From contig NC_135906.1 in NCBI RefSeq assembly GCF_964194155.1, forward strand, positions 22,196,001-22,260,000: a DNA stretch of 64,000 nucleotides, read 5' to 3'. Numbering within the stretch: the stretch's first letter is position 1; every line of letters starts with the position of its first letter. A model generated the notes under the pieces. That model was not told where the DNA came from, made no database searches, and saw nothing but the letters and a program-made list of their open reading frames with translations. A program made the position numbers and the translations under genes. The stretch is from Cetorhinus maximus. Lineage: Eukaryota. This document shows, one piece after another, positions 49,036 through 62,764 of this stretch.

Positions 49036-52000
49036 CTCAGTTGTTAAATGCTTCTGTGATTTGGGTCATAAAGAGTGGTGCTCATGTGCCGGCTCCTCTT
49101 GTTCCTATGGCAGGATCATCGCTTTATTGCTCTCCATTAAGGAACAGTGCCTGTTAACCTGTTCATCTCAAGAATTCATTTGGGAGCTTGTCTAAGTTTA
49201 GCTGGGGGTGCTGGGGCATGATGGGATGGGGATGGTGGTTGGGAGTATCTGACTGTGATGCTGATGTGTTTCTGCAGTACAACGCTACCCTTTTTCTCAC
49301 CTTGCCCTCCTCCAGCCTTACAACCCTCCCAAATCCCTGTACTGACCTGTTGCAGTATCTCCACTTTTCTTTGATAACACTCCTTTGAAGCACCTTGGGA
49401 TGTTTAACTAGTTAAATGCAAATTGTTGATGCCCTCAGTGAGCGGTTAACAGGTTTTGAAGTTTTTACTATGCGACTTAGGGACCATTAGTGAGTGTTTG
49501 ACAACGGGGACTGCAGGATGTGAAGGTGCCAGGCTGAATTATAGCTCAGGAAATTCAACTCTAAACAGCTAGGCGCTAATTGCTCTCTCCTCCCCCAACA
49601 GAATCTTTTGCTCCTCTCTGTCTGCAGCGATGATGCACATTGCCCGTGTATTCCAGCCTGTATCCTGTGCTGCTTTGGTACTGGATTGCTTCTCTTTTCT
49701 CAATCCTTGGCACCCCTCACACCCTCTGTCTCCCTACCCTACTCACCTCTTTCCCAAAGCACTCCAGAAACCTCCTTTCGCCCAACCCTCCCCTTCCCAT
49801 CTCCTGCTTGGCATCGTTCTAACCCTCTTCGAGGACAGAGACAATCACCCACGTTACAGGTGCCATACAATTGCAGGCGTGATTATAGTTACTGTGCTAT
49901 CCTGCCAACATAACACTTATAGTAAAAACAAAATACTCAGCAGGTCAGGCAGCATCTGTGGAGAGAAACAGGGTTGACCTTTCAAGTCTCAATGACCTTT
50001 CATCTGATGATGGGTGAGGGTATCTGGTGCAGATGTGTTTCTGCAGTTCAATGTAACACTCGTCATTGCCACTCAGTGCCCAGGCTGACTTGTTTACTTT
50101 TCTCCATTCTTTTCCCACATTTTTTTCCTTATTTGACCCCCCCTAACCCTCCGCCAGTGCGGTACTTGCATAATAGGAAGAAAAGAATAGAAGATTACGC
50201 TGATACAGTTAGATGAGGAAGGATGGGAGGAGGCTCAAGTGGAGCATAAACATCAGCATGAACTGGCAGGGCCGAATGGCCCTCTCTTTGCTTTGTATTC
50301 CATGTAACATCCTGGATATGATTAGAACAGCCTGAGCGCAGAACTGGATATTTTTCTGGCGCATATTGTTGTTGCTTTTTATATATCGCTGTTGACACCA
50401 CTTCAGTCAAGAGCTTAGAACATGGGTTCCCTAACACCCTATAAAGCTGTAGCTTGTCAGTTACCCCTGTATGTCCCAGCAGATTTATATTTGGGTCTGG
50501 ACCCTCGTACTCATCACGTGATTACAGGTTATCGGAGGGGAACTTCTCCTCTTGCCTTTGTTCCTAAAGCTGTAAACAAGGTAGGAAGATTTCCTGTGTT
50601 CCCTTTTTTCCAGTAACATTGCAAATCCGGGAAATCAATTAGAATAATAGATTTAAAGTCCACTTATCTGATTCAAAGCCATTCTTCTGCGGCAACCCCC
50701 ACTCCAACTTGGAAGCTTGAGACTGTGAATCGGAACCACTTTGCATGGGCTCTGCTCCAATCTGTCCCCACATTGGTTCAGTCAGATAGTAGCAATGCAG
50801 CCCTCCACTTTCACGTATGGAGTGCCAGGGTCCAGTAACACCTGACTACATGACCGGTTAATGTGCGAAAGGCGCTGAGTTTGACCTTTTTCTACATGCA
50901 GGTCACATACCATTTGAAAATGGGCTCTTCTAGGTCCCTGATGGTAGAAAGGGGTAGCTCGGGGCCCTGTTTAACCTTAAACAATCTCAACACCATTCTC
51001 CCCATCTCTTAAGACGTTGCTTGTGGAAGTGGACATTTATTGTCGCCATTAACTGTCTCTCTTAACCTCACCCAAGTGGCCATTGATGGTGAACAATTGA
51101 GTGATTTTACACTCTGAGAAAACAGTAACTGAGCTCAATCCTATTCCCATTCAACATTTAAACGAATGCTGGCTTTCACAGAGGTGTCGCTGGATAGCAA
51201 TCATGAGTGGAAACTCTTCTAATTTCTAACTTGCACCCAGGGCACTGTGGATGCTGAAATATGACTTCTTGTTGCTCTCCTATTTGCCTGCCAGCACCCC
51301 GAACACAAACCATATAACAGTGAGCAAGTTCAAGATGTGTATGGTGTTGGTCGTCGGGCTTATGTCTATGGCTTCTGATGCTCTTCTCTGCTTCAATCGC
51401 CCTTTTCAGGTGGTGTATTCCAAGTGTAACAATAGAATTTAAAAGAAAATCTCCTCATCTCCCCTCTGGCTCTTTTTATTAATTATCTGAAAACTGGTTA
51501 TTGCACCCCCTACCCCGTCGCCCTTCCAATAGAAACAATTCTTCCCCCTCTACTCAGTCAAAACTCTTGAGAAGTTTGGACATCTTGCTTAAACCTCCCC
51601 TTTGACCTTCTCTGTTTCGAGGGGAGCAATCCCAGCTTCTCTATTCCCTTCAAGTAACCCTTATCCCTGGTGCCATTCTAGTAAATCTGCTGTCTAGGAC
51701 CTTGGCGTCCTTCCTGATGTGCAGTGCCCGGAGCTGGACACAATACTGCGGCTGTGGCCTAACCAGAGATTTACAAAGTTTCAGCATAACTTCCTCACTT
51801 TAGTACTCTCTTTCAATGGGCATTCCCGGTTAGGTGTGGATGGGTGGGTGCAACACTTTGCGAATCTCTTTGCAGAAATGACTGGATTTCTATTGGAAGG
51901 TGAGCGCGCTGATTTAAAATAAGCCAAGCAAGCGTCTCGGTGGGTAGAGCTGACAGCTCCCAGGTACTCTTGACTCAGTGATGGACAAACCCATCTGAGT

Positions 52001-55000
52001 TGATGGGTCACCTGGTTATGTTTGTGCTGAGCAGCCCTTCTGTGAAAGATAGTTTGTCTTCACATGAGAATGTTTGGAAATTATTTTTTTTGACATTTTT
52101 TGATTGGTATGTTGTTCAATGACATCACATCACCATGGCAATCAAAACCCCTGGAGAGTTGGTTGACACTGGAGCAGATGTGTACGTAGTTACATCATTT
52201 CCTTTGGCTGCCATTGACCGGTCAGTTTTTAGAAATGAGGCCATTCACAAAGCCTTTGCTCTGAGATTACATACTGAAGATTTACTGGAGAGGTTCCGCC
52301 TCTTTAAAAGCCAAGATGGTATGTGTTTTATAAATATTTTTTAAAAAATTGCATTCATCTTGTGCTTTATTATTTTCAGAAGACATTCCAAAACACTTCA
52401 CACCGAATGAATCATTGTGTTTCAAAAGCATTTTTATGTGGGCATACTTGGTTGTCATTTACACATAGCACAATCCCACAAATTAATCTGGTTTCCTGAA
52501 TGTTGTTGGATGAGAAAGAGATGGCCAGGGCTCAGAGAGCTCCCTACTTTTTAATAAGTGTTATGAATCATTGGAAGGGCCAGATAAGACTTTAACCTCA
52601 AACAGAGGACATTCATGGCTCTGTGGGATATGAACGGTATTTCCCCTTGCATCATTAGTCACCACATTCATTCGGTTTTACATTCAGGCTTAGGAATGTA
52701 AGAATTAGTTGTTAAAAATAATTATTGAAAATGCATTGCACAGTGCGGTACTGATGCACAGAACAGGGACATCAGCATGGATGGTGACTTATGGTACACA
52801 AGTTACCTCATATTCCTCTTTGCTAATCTAGCTTTGAACCAGCTACCCGAGTGTTGTCTTGCATTGCAACAGTAACTCCAGTTCAAAAACAAGAAAGTAT
52901 TTAATTGCTGTAAAATGCTTTTGGATGTCCTATGTTATGAAAGGCACTATATCAATGGAAGTCTGCCTTCATTTGAACTGCAGAAGGAATTTCAGTTCTC
53001 CTTATGTACCAAAGCTGCACTGATGTACCTCTCTGGTCACATGGCTCTTCATGTGTCCCAGAAACCCTGTTGCTACATGGGGGCTATTCTCCCCTCCCTG
53101 CCTCCACCCTCCTTTCAAATTGCCTGAAAGAAAGGAATATAATCGAGCTTTTAAACAGCAGTGCTTTTCCTAACATTTGGTGTGGTCACAGGGTAGACAC
53201 GGAGAGGCTGTTTACCCTGGCTGAGGGATCTAGAACATGGGAACAAAGCCTCAGGATAAAGGGTCGATCATTTAGGACTGAGATTAGTCATTTCTTCACT
53301 TGGAGGTTTGTAAATTTTTGGAATTAACTGCCCCAGAGGGTTGTGGATGCTTCATTGTTGGGCATATTCAATACTGAGACTAATAGGTTTTTTTGATCTC
53401 TTGGAATCTATGGATATGGGGATAGGCCGGATAATGGAGTTGAGCTAGACCAGCCATCGTTCTTTTGAATGGCGGAGCAGGCTCGAGGGGCTGAATGCTC
53501 TACTCCTGCTACTTCTTGTGTTCATATGTCATAGTGTAACCCTTGTGTGTTATTCTGTCGTGTGGATCTAGATGACTTTGCAGATGTCTGTATTAATTAG
53601 AATCTCCCTGCCCGCATACAGGGGTCTGTGGCTATAGATTTATTTCCAAGACAGCAAAGCAAAGTCACGGACTCTCCCAGACACTCAGGGAAAGTTATCA
53701 ACAGATCACATGTAACTCTTTCGAGTACATTCACAGTTCTTGGTTTCCGGGAGTGGGACATGAACCCACAACCCTCTGATTCAAAGGCGAGGGTGCTATG
53801 AACTGAGCCACAGAGGAGGACCTTGGGCAGAACTTTATTAATCACAATGTGTGAGGTACTGAAGGACTCTGGGAGCAGGAGCTCAGGTGCTTCAGTCACT
53901 CTGTTTGTTCTTCCACCAACTCTTGAGCAGAGGTTGTTCCAGAATCTCAGGTAGATGAACTGCAAATTCCCTTGTTGAATGGGTGGCTAAATTGGTTCCA
54001 AATACATTTAACTAAATTGCTCTTCACCTTGGAACTTTGATCTTGTGATACAGTCCACCTGAAACTTTGTAAAGGGTTAACCCTCTATCCCCTAGGTGGG
54101 GTTTGGCACCTAGGCCAACTTTATGAATCATTAGTAAAGAGATTAGTCAGATCCTGAGTTATGCAGAAGTTGTGTGTTGGGAAGAAGTGATACTCAGAGT
54201 GTAGGTTTTGTAGGGGGTACGTTAATATAATTCACTATGTGACTATGTCAGTATGGGAGGGGGAGTGAGTGAGAAGGGTATTGGGGCCATGTAAGAGGTC
54301 CTCTCCCCTCCACGTGTGTAACTGCCTCACTGCACTATAGTTCCGTGGACAGTTCTTGTTCTCCAGTAGTTTATCCAGTAGCCATCATTGACAAAGCAAC
54401 CTTGTCGGTTTTCTGCCAAGTTCAGTTGTTTTGCTGCATTTGCTCTTCCAGGATTGGTAGCTGGATGGTGATAATATTTGACCTCCCTGACCCAGGACCA
54501 CTGATGCCACTTGCAGAACACTCCCCACTGACCATAGATTAGATGCTCTATCTAATACATGTAGACTAGAAACCTCCCAGGGTCAATGTAGCTGACAGTT
54601 TATCTCTGGGTGGCTTTTCTCTGAAACACCAATGGGCTATTTTTTTATTTTATTTTTGGCTTTGCGTTGAAACAACCGTGAAAGATTGCTACCTCTAACT
54701 AGGGCATCTTTTACCCTTGAGATTCATCATCTGTTATATCTGCTTCCAGAACCCTCTACAACAAAGCTATGTGGAGAAAAAGAGAGAGAGAGAGAGACTG
54801 GACTTAAATTATCGACAAAGCAACATTCCACAATCTATAGCTCAGTCACAGATTGAATGAATGGCAGAATAGGCTCAGAGGGCTAAATGGCCAACTCCTG
54901 TAGAAGCCCCCACAGAAATGTGATGCTGCCACTCTCTAGTTAGTCTCTCCCCTGCCCAAAAAAATATACTCAAGGCTTTAATTGTGACCTGTTACATGGA

Positions 55001-56478
55001 TCCTTAGAGCAATTACAAGACACTCAGGAGCCCAATTGGTAGTGATGAGATTGAGGGGGCATGAAGGGTGGCAGTGTCTGTGTGGTTTAAGAAAACATTG
55101 TGACACAGAAGAATTTCAATATCTGTAGGACAACAAGAATTTAATGATACTTAAATCAAGGAGAACAGTTGCCAGGAGTGTGACTATTTTTAGCTGTGCG
55201 CTGGATGATTGCTTGAGTTGTGTTTGTCTTTCTGAAAGGTCAGTTGTGCGAAGGAATTAATCCACCATCCAGTTGCTGCTGCTTCATTTACCCGAGTCCG
55301 TGCAAATACCAAGTGCAGAATAGTTTTTGAGAGGAAGATCTTTGGGGCTCATTTAATGACCCATGTTAAATTACCGAGAGCCAATCCAGGGTCAAGACGT
55401 CCCAGGTCTGATCCTGACTGTGTTACAAGTTGGCTAATCGCAGTGGGGACAGCAGTACTAACTAACAATTGGTTTTATCACCCCTGGTCCAAGTGGCAGG
55501 GCAGGGGAATGGGTTCCTACTTCTGTTCTCTTATTGGGAAGAATGGGTAAGTGGTCTTTGTGCGAGAGCAGGAGGAAGCTTGACTGTAACAAGGGTTACG
55601 CGGTTAACCAGCCTGGTCACTTGCTTACTTGTGGAGTCAGAGTGCTATTGGACTGGTTGTAAGGAGGAGTCAAGTCCCCTGCCCTTTCTCCTTCATCCCC
55701 CCTATCCACACCCTTAACCTTCTCAACATGGAGAGGAATTTGGACAAGGAATGGTCTTTAATGTCGGGACATGAAACATTTGTCACAAGTCTTGTGCCTT
55801 GCCCTTGCGCACAAGGGAAGCAAATGACCTTTCACGCCACGTCTGTGATTAGAGGGGCAGAAACTTTGCCCCAAAATTTGAGAGATTCTGTCACTTTTTC
55901 ATATTTAAAAAAAAAAAGCCTTCTGTGCTTTTGTTGTGCTCCCAGCAATTGTATCACTGATAAGGGTCAGTGGTGATTATGGAAGGTGCAAAATCTATTG
56001 GTCAGAGGCAAATAGAAATCCAAGCTTTAGCACCCACATCCTATCATGTGCTACTTACAACTACCCTATGACTTGTGCTGTTGCTGATTTCTATTGAGTC
56101 TGCATTCCCCAACAGGTTAAATGCAAACTGCCTCCATGGCCTGGCCAAACCAACGAGCATCCTCAAGCCCTGTGTGTGGGCAGGATTTGCCTGATGCCCC
56201 TCCTGACCCTGTGCATCCCTCCTTGTCCTTTCTACTTCTTTCTTCCACTTCAACGGCAATGGAAGAACCTACAGTTCTCTGTCCCACATTCCGGGACTCT
56301 GTCCCCCTTCTCTCCTGGCCTTTCCAGATTCGCACTGCACCTCATACATAACCTGCCTCTTCAACCATGCCTTTGCTCATCTCCATTAGTCCAACGACTG
56401 ATGCTTGCCACCCATTCCGTTTGCCCTCTTAAGTGCCTCACTATTTAAAATCCAGTTTGTTTGTGTTAAGAGACACAT

Positions 56479-56912
56479 GAAAGACTTGCATTTCTGTTGT
56501 GCCTTGCACAACCACCTCATGTCTCAAAGCGCTTTACGGCTGATGGAAGAAGTGTCACTGTTGTAAGGTAGGAAATGTGGCAGCCAGTTTGTGCACAGCA
56601 AGCTCCCACAAACAGCAATGCGATAATGACCAGATAATCTGTCTCATGCTGATTTGAGGGATAAATATTGACCAGGACACCACAGAGAACTCCCCTGCTC
56701 TCCTTTGAAATAATGCCACGGGACCTTTACGTCCACCTGAGATGGTTTAATGTCTCGTCCAAAAGACAGCACCTCCGGCAGTGAAGTACTTCCTCAGCGC
56801 TGCACTGAAGTGTCAGTTTTGATTTTTGTGCTCAACTCCTGAAGTTGAGACTTGAACGTACAGTGTTTTAACTTGAGTGACGAGAGTGCTACCCACTGAG
56901 CTACAGCTGATA
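56479..56912 (-). mobile_element. Near full-length DeuSINE-type SINE
   Basis: Reverse complement of the family at 43576 and 61205. Confidence 0.75.
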
Positions 56913-56991
56913 GGCTTTAGAGTGTTTGTGTTGTGGAAGCCCCCAGTGCATTGTGACTGAGGGAAAAACTCTGTGTGATATTGAGCAAAAC

Positions 56992-57103
56992 GGAGGGGGT
57001 TTGGGGGGTGGGGGTGCGGTGGGAGATGGGAGATGGGGTGGAGGGGGGGGTGGGGGGAGATGGGGTGGAGGGGGGGGTGGGGGTAGATGGGGTGGGAGGG
57101 GGC
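56992..57103 (+). repeat. G-rich tract with short tandem unit (agatggggtggagggggggg); potential G-quadruplex
   Basis: Many consecutive runs of 3 or more G. Confidence 0.8.
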
Positions 57104-57555
57104 AGTATTTGTGTTTTTAAATGAATTGTGCATCCAGCCTGATATTTAGGGGGTTGTGGGGGCAGTGCGGGAAGGTCTGGGAGGTTAGCAGATACAGATA
57201 CACAGCCAGAGTGTCTGTCGGACTGCCACTGAATTAGTGTAGCCTGTTGACACTTATCAGCTGAATGAAATCTTTCTGCAGTAATAGCTTGGTGCCTCAG
57301 CAGCTTAATTGTAGGTTGAGAAATGACCATCTCAAAGTTCACTTGGATTGTGAATGGATATGGTTGTGTGTTGGTCATGTGGAGAGGATCCTGGTGATTA
57401 ACATGCGATAATAGCAGCAACGGATTGGGAACGTAAATCGTTCGGAGTTTAAACAAATTAAAACCCTAGATTTTATTCACCCCACCACTGGCGCCCGTGT
57501 CTTCAGCTGCCTGGCCTCTAAGCTCTGGAATCCCCTGCCTAAACTTCCCTCCTCT

Positions 57556-59230
57556 NNNNNNNNNNNNNNNNNNNNNNNNNNNNNNNNNNNNNNNNNNNNN
57601 NNNNNNNNNNNNNNNNNNNNNNNNNNNNNNNNNNNNNNNNNNNNNNNNNNNNNNNNNNNNNNNNNNNNNNNNNNNNNNNNNNNNNNNNNNNNNNNNNNNN
57701 NNNNNNNNNNNNNNNNNNNNNNNCTTCCCCCTCTCTCTCTCTCTGTTTTCTCCCCTCTCTCTCTGTCTTCCCCCCTCTCTCTCTCTCTGTCTTCCCCCCC
57801 ATCTCTCTCTCTGTCTTCCCCCCCATCTCTCTCTCTGTCTTCCCCCCCATCTCTCTCTCTGTCTTCCCCCCCATCTCTCTCTCTGTCTTCCCCCCCATCT
57901 CTCTCTCTGTCTTCCCCCCTCTCTCTCTCTGTCTTCCCCCCTCTCTCTCTCTGTCTTCCCCCCTCTCTCTCTCTGTCTTCCCCCCTCTCTCTGTCTTCCC
58001 CCCTCTCTCTCACTCTGTCTTCCCCCCTCTCTCTCACTCTGTCTTCCCCCCTCTCTCTCACTCTGTCTTCCCCCCCCTCTCTCTCTCTGTCTTCCCCCCT
58101 CTCTCTCTCTCTGTCTTCCCCCCTCTCTCTCTCTGTCTTCCCCCCTCTCTCTCTCTCTGTCTTCCCCCCTCTCTCTCTCTGTCTTCCCCCCTCTCTCTCT
58201 CTCTGTCTTCCCCCCTCTCTCTCTCTCTGTCTTCCCCCCNNNNNNNNNNNNNNNNNNNNNNNNNNNNNNNNNNNNNNNNNNNNNNNNNNNNNNNNNNNNN
58301 NNNNNNNNNNNNNNNNNNNNNNNNNNNNNNNNNNNNNNNNNNNNNNNNNNNNNNNNNNNNNNNNNNNNNNNNNNNNNNNNNNNNNNNNNNNNTGTCTTCC
58401 CCCCTCTCTCTCTCTCTGTCTTCCCCCCTCTCTCTCTCTCTGTCTTCCCCCCTCTCTCTCTCTCTGTCTTCCCCCCTCTCTCTCTCTCTGTCTTCCCCCC
58501 TCTCTCTCTCTCTGTCTTCCCCCCTCTCTCTCTCTCTGTCTTCCCCCCNNNNNNNNNNNNNNNNNNNNNNNNNNNNNNNNNNNNNNNNNNNNNNNNNNNN
58601 NNNNNNNNNNNNNNNNNNNNNNNNNNNNNNNNNNNNNNNNNNNNNNNNNNNNNNNNNNNNNNNNNNNNNNNNNNNNNNNNNNNNNNNNNNNNNNNNNTGT
58701 CTTCCCCCCTCTCTCTCTCTGTCTTCCCCCCTCTCTCTCTCTCTGTCTTCCCCCCTCTCTCTCTCTGTCTTCCCCCCTCTCTCTCTCTCTGTCTTCCCCC
58801 TCTCTCTCTCTCTGTCTTCCCCNNNNNNNNNNNNNNNNNNNNNNNNNNNNNNNNNNNNNNNNNNNNNNNNNNNNNNNNNNNNNNNNNNNNNNNNNNNNNN
58901 NNNNNNNNNNNNNNNNNNNNNNNNNNNNNNNNNNNNNNNNNNNNNNNNNNNNNNNNNNNNNNNNNNNNNNNNNNNNNNNNNNNNNNNNNNNNNNNNNNNN
59001 NNNNNNNNNNNNNNNNNNNNNNNNNNNNNNNNNNNNNNNNNNNNNNNNNNNNNNNNNNNNNNNNNNNNNNNNNNNNNNNNNNNNNNNNNNNNNNNNNNNN
59101 NNNNNNNNNNNNNNNNNNNNNNNNNNNNNNNNNNNNNNNNNNNNNNNNNNNNNNNNNNNNNNNNNNNNNNNNNNNNNNNNNNNNNNNNNNNNNNNNNNNN
59201 NNNNNNNNNNNNNNNNNNNNNTCTCTGCCT
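57556..59230. repeat. CT-rich minisatellite (about 22-24-nt TGTCTTCCCCCC(TC)n unit) with four assembly gaps
   Basis: Directly visible tandem units between N runs. Confidence 0.95.
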
Positions 59231-61204
59231 GTCTCCCCCACTCCACCCCACCCCCACCCAACCCCTCTCTCTCTCTATGTGGCTAGGTTTCAATCCAGTG
59301 AATGGGCGGCTTTGCCAAGTTAAAGGTGCTATGTAAATGGAAGTTGCATATTAGTGTGTGTGGTCCTCACCCTCCCTCCCTCCCAAATTGGCATCACTTG
59401 GGATGTTTTGTACTTGAATGGTGATGGGACAGGTTCCTTCTAAGACCCTTGAGGGCTTGTGTATGGGGCTGTGGTTGGAGGAAGGAATGAATTTCTCACT
59501 ATGGTCAACAGTGGGGATAAAGCTACTGCTGGGGTTTAGGCTGAAGAAACACCAGTTTAAATATGAGTCGACAGGCGACTGAAGTGTGGAGGGCACCAAG
59601 AACGGAGTCTCAGCCAGTCAACTTTCCAAGGAGCCAAAAATAAGCAGAAACGTCCCTGGAAGATATTTCTCGGGGTACTGAGGCCAATTGTGGCAATCCT
59701 ATTGTGTTTCTGACTAAGATTAGCTAACTTGACACAATCCCCAAGATCTTCCTGCTCAATTTCTCACCAGACCGCACCAAACCTTGGACCAAAGTTGTCC
59801 ACAGTGGTCCTTGTGTGGGAGTATTATTTAACCAAATGGAGATTGTGACAGAGGTAGGGGCAGGGGGTTATGTGGGGGCATGACTGCTTCACAAAGTTCG
59901 GGTTCTCAACCTGAATCCACAAAAGGCAGAAAGAAAGGAGAAAGTTGTCATGGCAACCCAGGTAGCCTAAATTAGGAATAAGGGTTGGGAATCAAAATTG
60001 CTGAGGAAACGTCACGAGATCGGGATGAGTATATTGTGCAATTAAATAGTTACTCTTTGAAAAGTCCCTTATTTTGAGAGCTGGATATGCCATGTGGATT
60101 AGTTGAGATGACTAGAGTAGATATATTTAAGGGAAGCTCGATAAACACAGGCAGAAAGAAATAAAAGGATGAGATGTAGTAGGGCTAGGAGGAGCATAAT
60201 GCTGTGCACAACTGGCTGGGCCGAATGGCCTGTTTGTATAAATTTGTAATTCTATGGATGTATTTGACAAGCTCAAACAAGCCTTAACATTATGTCCACT
60301 GTTCCAGATTTGTTTTTGTTGATTGAATGGTATGGCATTACAGACTCTGCATTGAGCATCGTGTGTAGGCGTGTGTGTGTATTTGTGGGGTTGGGGACGA
60401 AAGGTTTGTAAGAGCCTGGATATGTCTCGTAAGCTGCCGCGATGCAAATACAAGCAGCCCCAGCCCCTATAAGTTATGGGCGAATAAGCATGTAAATGTT
60501 TGGTACCACAGGCAAATTCTTCAAATATCTGTTGATGCTGCTCTGCAAGCCGGGGGTGTCACACCCCAAAGACCAGCTCCTGTCATTCTTGCTGTGCCGG
60601 ATTGGTGGCTTCATTATTCCTGTTCACACAAGAGAAATGGCCACTCCTGCGAGAGCAGGTTTGGGAATATATCTGACGACACAGCTGATGGTACAGAATT
60701 GTGAAAGGGAGGTTTCTCGAGAATTGGTTTCCTGTCCTCTTTTCCCCTCCACCCTAAACCGCCTCCTAACTCGGACTTGGATTCCCACCCATCTGAAGTT
60801 TAAGCACACGTCGTGAAACATTTGTATAATGCAAAAAAAACCAGGCATTCAAATGGAAATATATTTCTTTGTTTGTACATCACTGCATCTCTCCCGGCTC
60901 CGTCTCAGCACCAGCCTACAAAAGGAATTCTCTCCAGTTCTCACTTCCTTTTTAACATTCTGTTTATAATCTACCTCTTTGATCAAGTGTTTGATTTTCT
61001 GCCAAACACCTCCTCCTTTGGTTGAGCATCAATTTTTTTTTTTTGTCTGATTGTTCCCCTGTGGAGCACCTTGAGATGCTTTGCTACGTTAAAGGTGCTA
61101 GAAAAATGCAAGGTATTGTTGACGCAACCTCTCCTGATCGCCAAGCATTCTGACGTGGGCTGACCTGAATGTCCCTAGGAGGGGCTGCAGCATGTTTGAG
61201 CTTG

Positions 61205-61655
61205 TGTGTCAGCCGTGGCTCAGTGGGTACCGCTCTCACCTCGTGAGCCAGAAGGTTGTGGGTTCAAATCCCACTCCAGGAATTGAGCACATGGTCCAGG
61301 ATGACACTCTGGAGCAGTACTGAGGGAGTGCTGCACTGTCAGAGGCGCCATCTTTCAGGCAAGATGTTAAACTGAGGCCCTGTCTGTCCTCCTGGGCGGA
61401 TATAAAAAAATCCCACTGCTTTTGAAGAGCAGGGAAGTTTTTCCCTGATGCCCTGGCCAATATTTACTCCTCAGCCAACATTGCAAAAACAGATGAACTG
61501 GTCATTACCACATTGTTGTTTGTAGGAGCTTGCTGTGTGCAAATTGGCTGCTGTATCTCCTACATTACAATGCAGCAACACTATAAAAGTGCCTTGTTGA
61601 CTGTAAAGTGCTTTGGGGCTGAAGTTGTGACAGGCACTATATAAATGTGTGTCTT
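61205..61655 (+). mobile_element. Full-length DeuSINE-type SINE (SacSINE1-like)
   Basis: A box (tggctcagtgg), B box (ggttcaaatcc), Deu-like domain (gagggagtgctgcactgtcagaggcgccatctttc), L2-like tail. Confidence 0.8.
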
Positions 61656-62764
61656 ACGGGTGGGCAGCCATTATTGGTGACCTTTCTTTCCTAGCTTCAG
61701 TCTTGCTCTCTGACTGGTCCCAGACTTCTCTCCACTGTGGTCTGCATACTGTTCCATTTTCAATGCAGTAAAAGGACCACGTGGGCGGGAGCCTCGAGTG
61801 GTGCGTCTCTATTTATATCATCCTCCTTGTAAGTTTCCATTACAAATCTGTAGAAGGTAAAACTGAGTGTTGAGCTCAGGCAGCATTGTCTCATCGCAAT
61901 CCCCTTGTTATGGTGCCACCTGCGATACAAGCCCACCCTAGCTGCCCATTCTTATATATCCAGTCAATGAACGCTGGCACCAAGATATTCGGCTCGGATG
62001 GTTACAGCCGTGTGAGATGTTGTCTTGTGTCGAAATGCCCGCTTCACCTTAAGGACCGTGGGTGGCTCTTTCCCAACAACACGCGTTGGAGATATTTCTT
62101 TGATGTGTACATATTTCTGGGGATTCCAATTCCTCCTAAGTATTACCTATGGTGTTGGTTTGTGTGATGGAAAGAATGTTGCTGCAGCATCATTGAGCAC
62201 GGTTAATGATTGGATTCGAAGAGAGTTTCACCAGTTGAGCAACACACCGACAACTTGCATTTATATAGTTATTTAACATCCCAAGGCGCTTCACACAAGA
62301 GTGTTTTCAAACAAAATTTGACGCCAAGTCATACAAGATAGGTTTTAAGGAGTGTCTAAAGACAAGGAAAGAGAGACTTTGACACAGGATCAATTCTTGG
62401 TTTGGGACAGTAGAGCTGTCATTGCCTTACCTCTGCCCCAGGTATCATTGTTCTTGGTAAACTATGATCAGTGGCAGTTGTAACAATGGTGAACCTTGCA
62501 GTGAAACTCCAGTAGTATCTTGACTCCATGGAGTGAAATTCTGACCTGACATTGGATGAGAGAGCGCACTGTTTTACTTTGGTTAGGTTTACTCTGCGCA
62601 AGTTTAACGTTGTTGTGAAGTGAAAGCAACTTTGGATAGACACTGCATATTTAAGCCACGGGGTCAGTGAGTAGTGGGCATGAGCAGAAACTGAGTACCT
62701 TCTCCTTTTACCCTCCGCCCACCTCCCTTTCTCAGGCCAATCAGAATGCTCCCTAGCTGAGATT

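Noticed and set aside
57466-59323. Long ORFs up to about 600 aa
   Set aside because: Composed of CT repeat and N runs.
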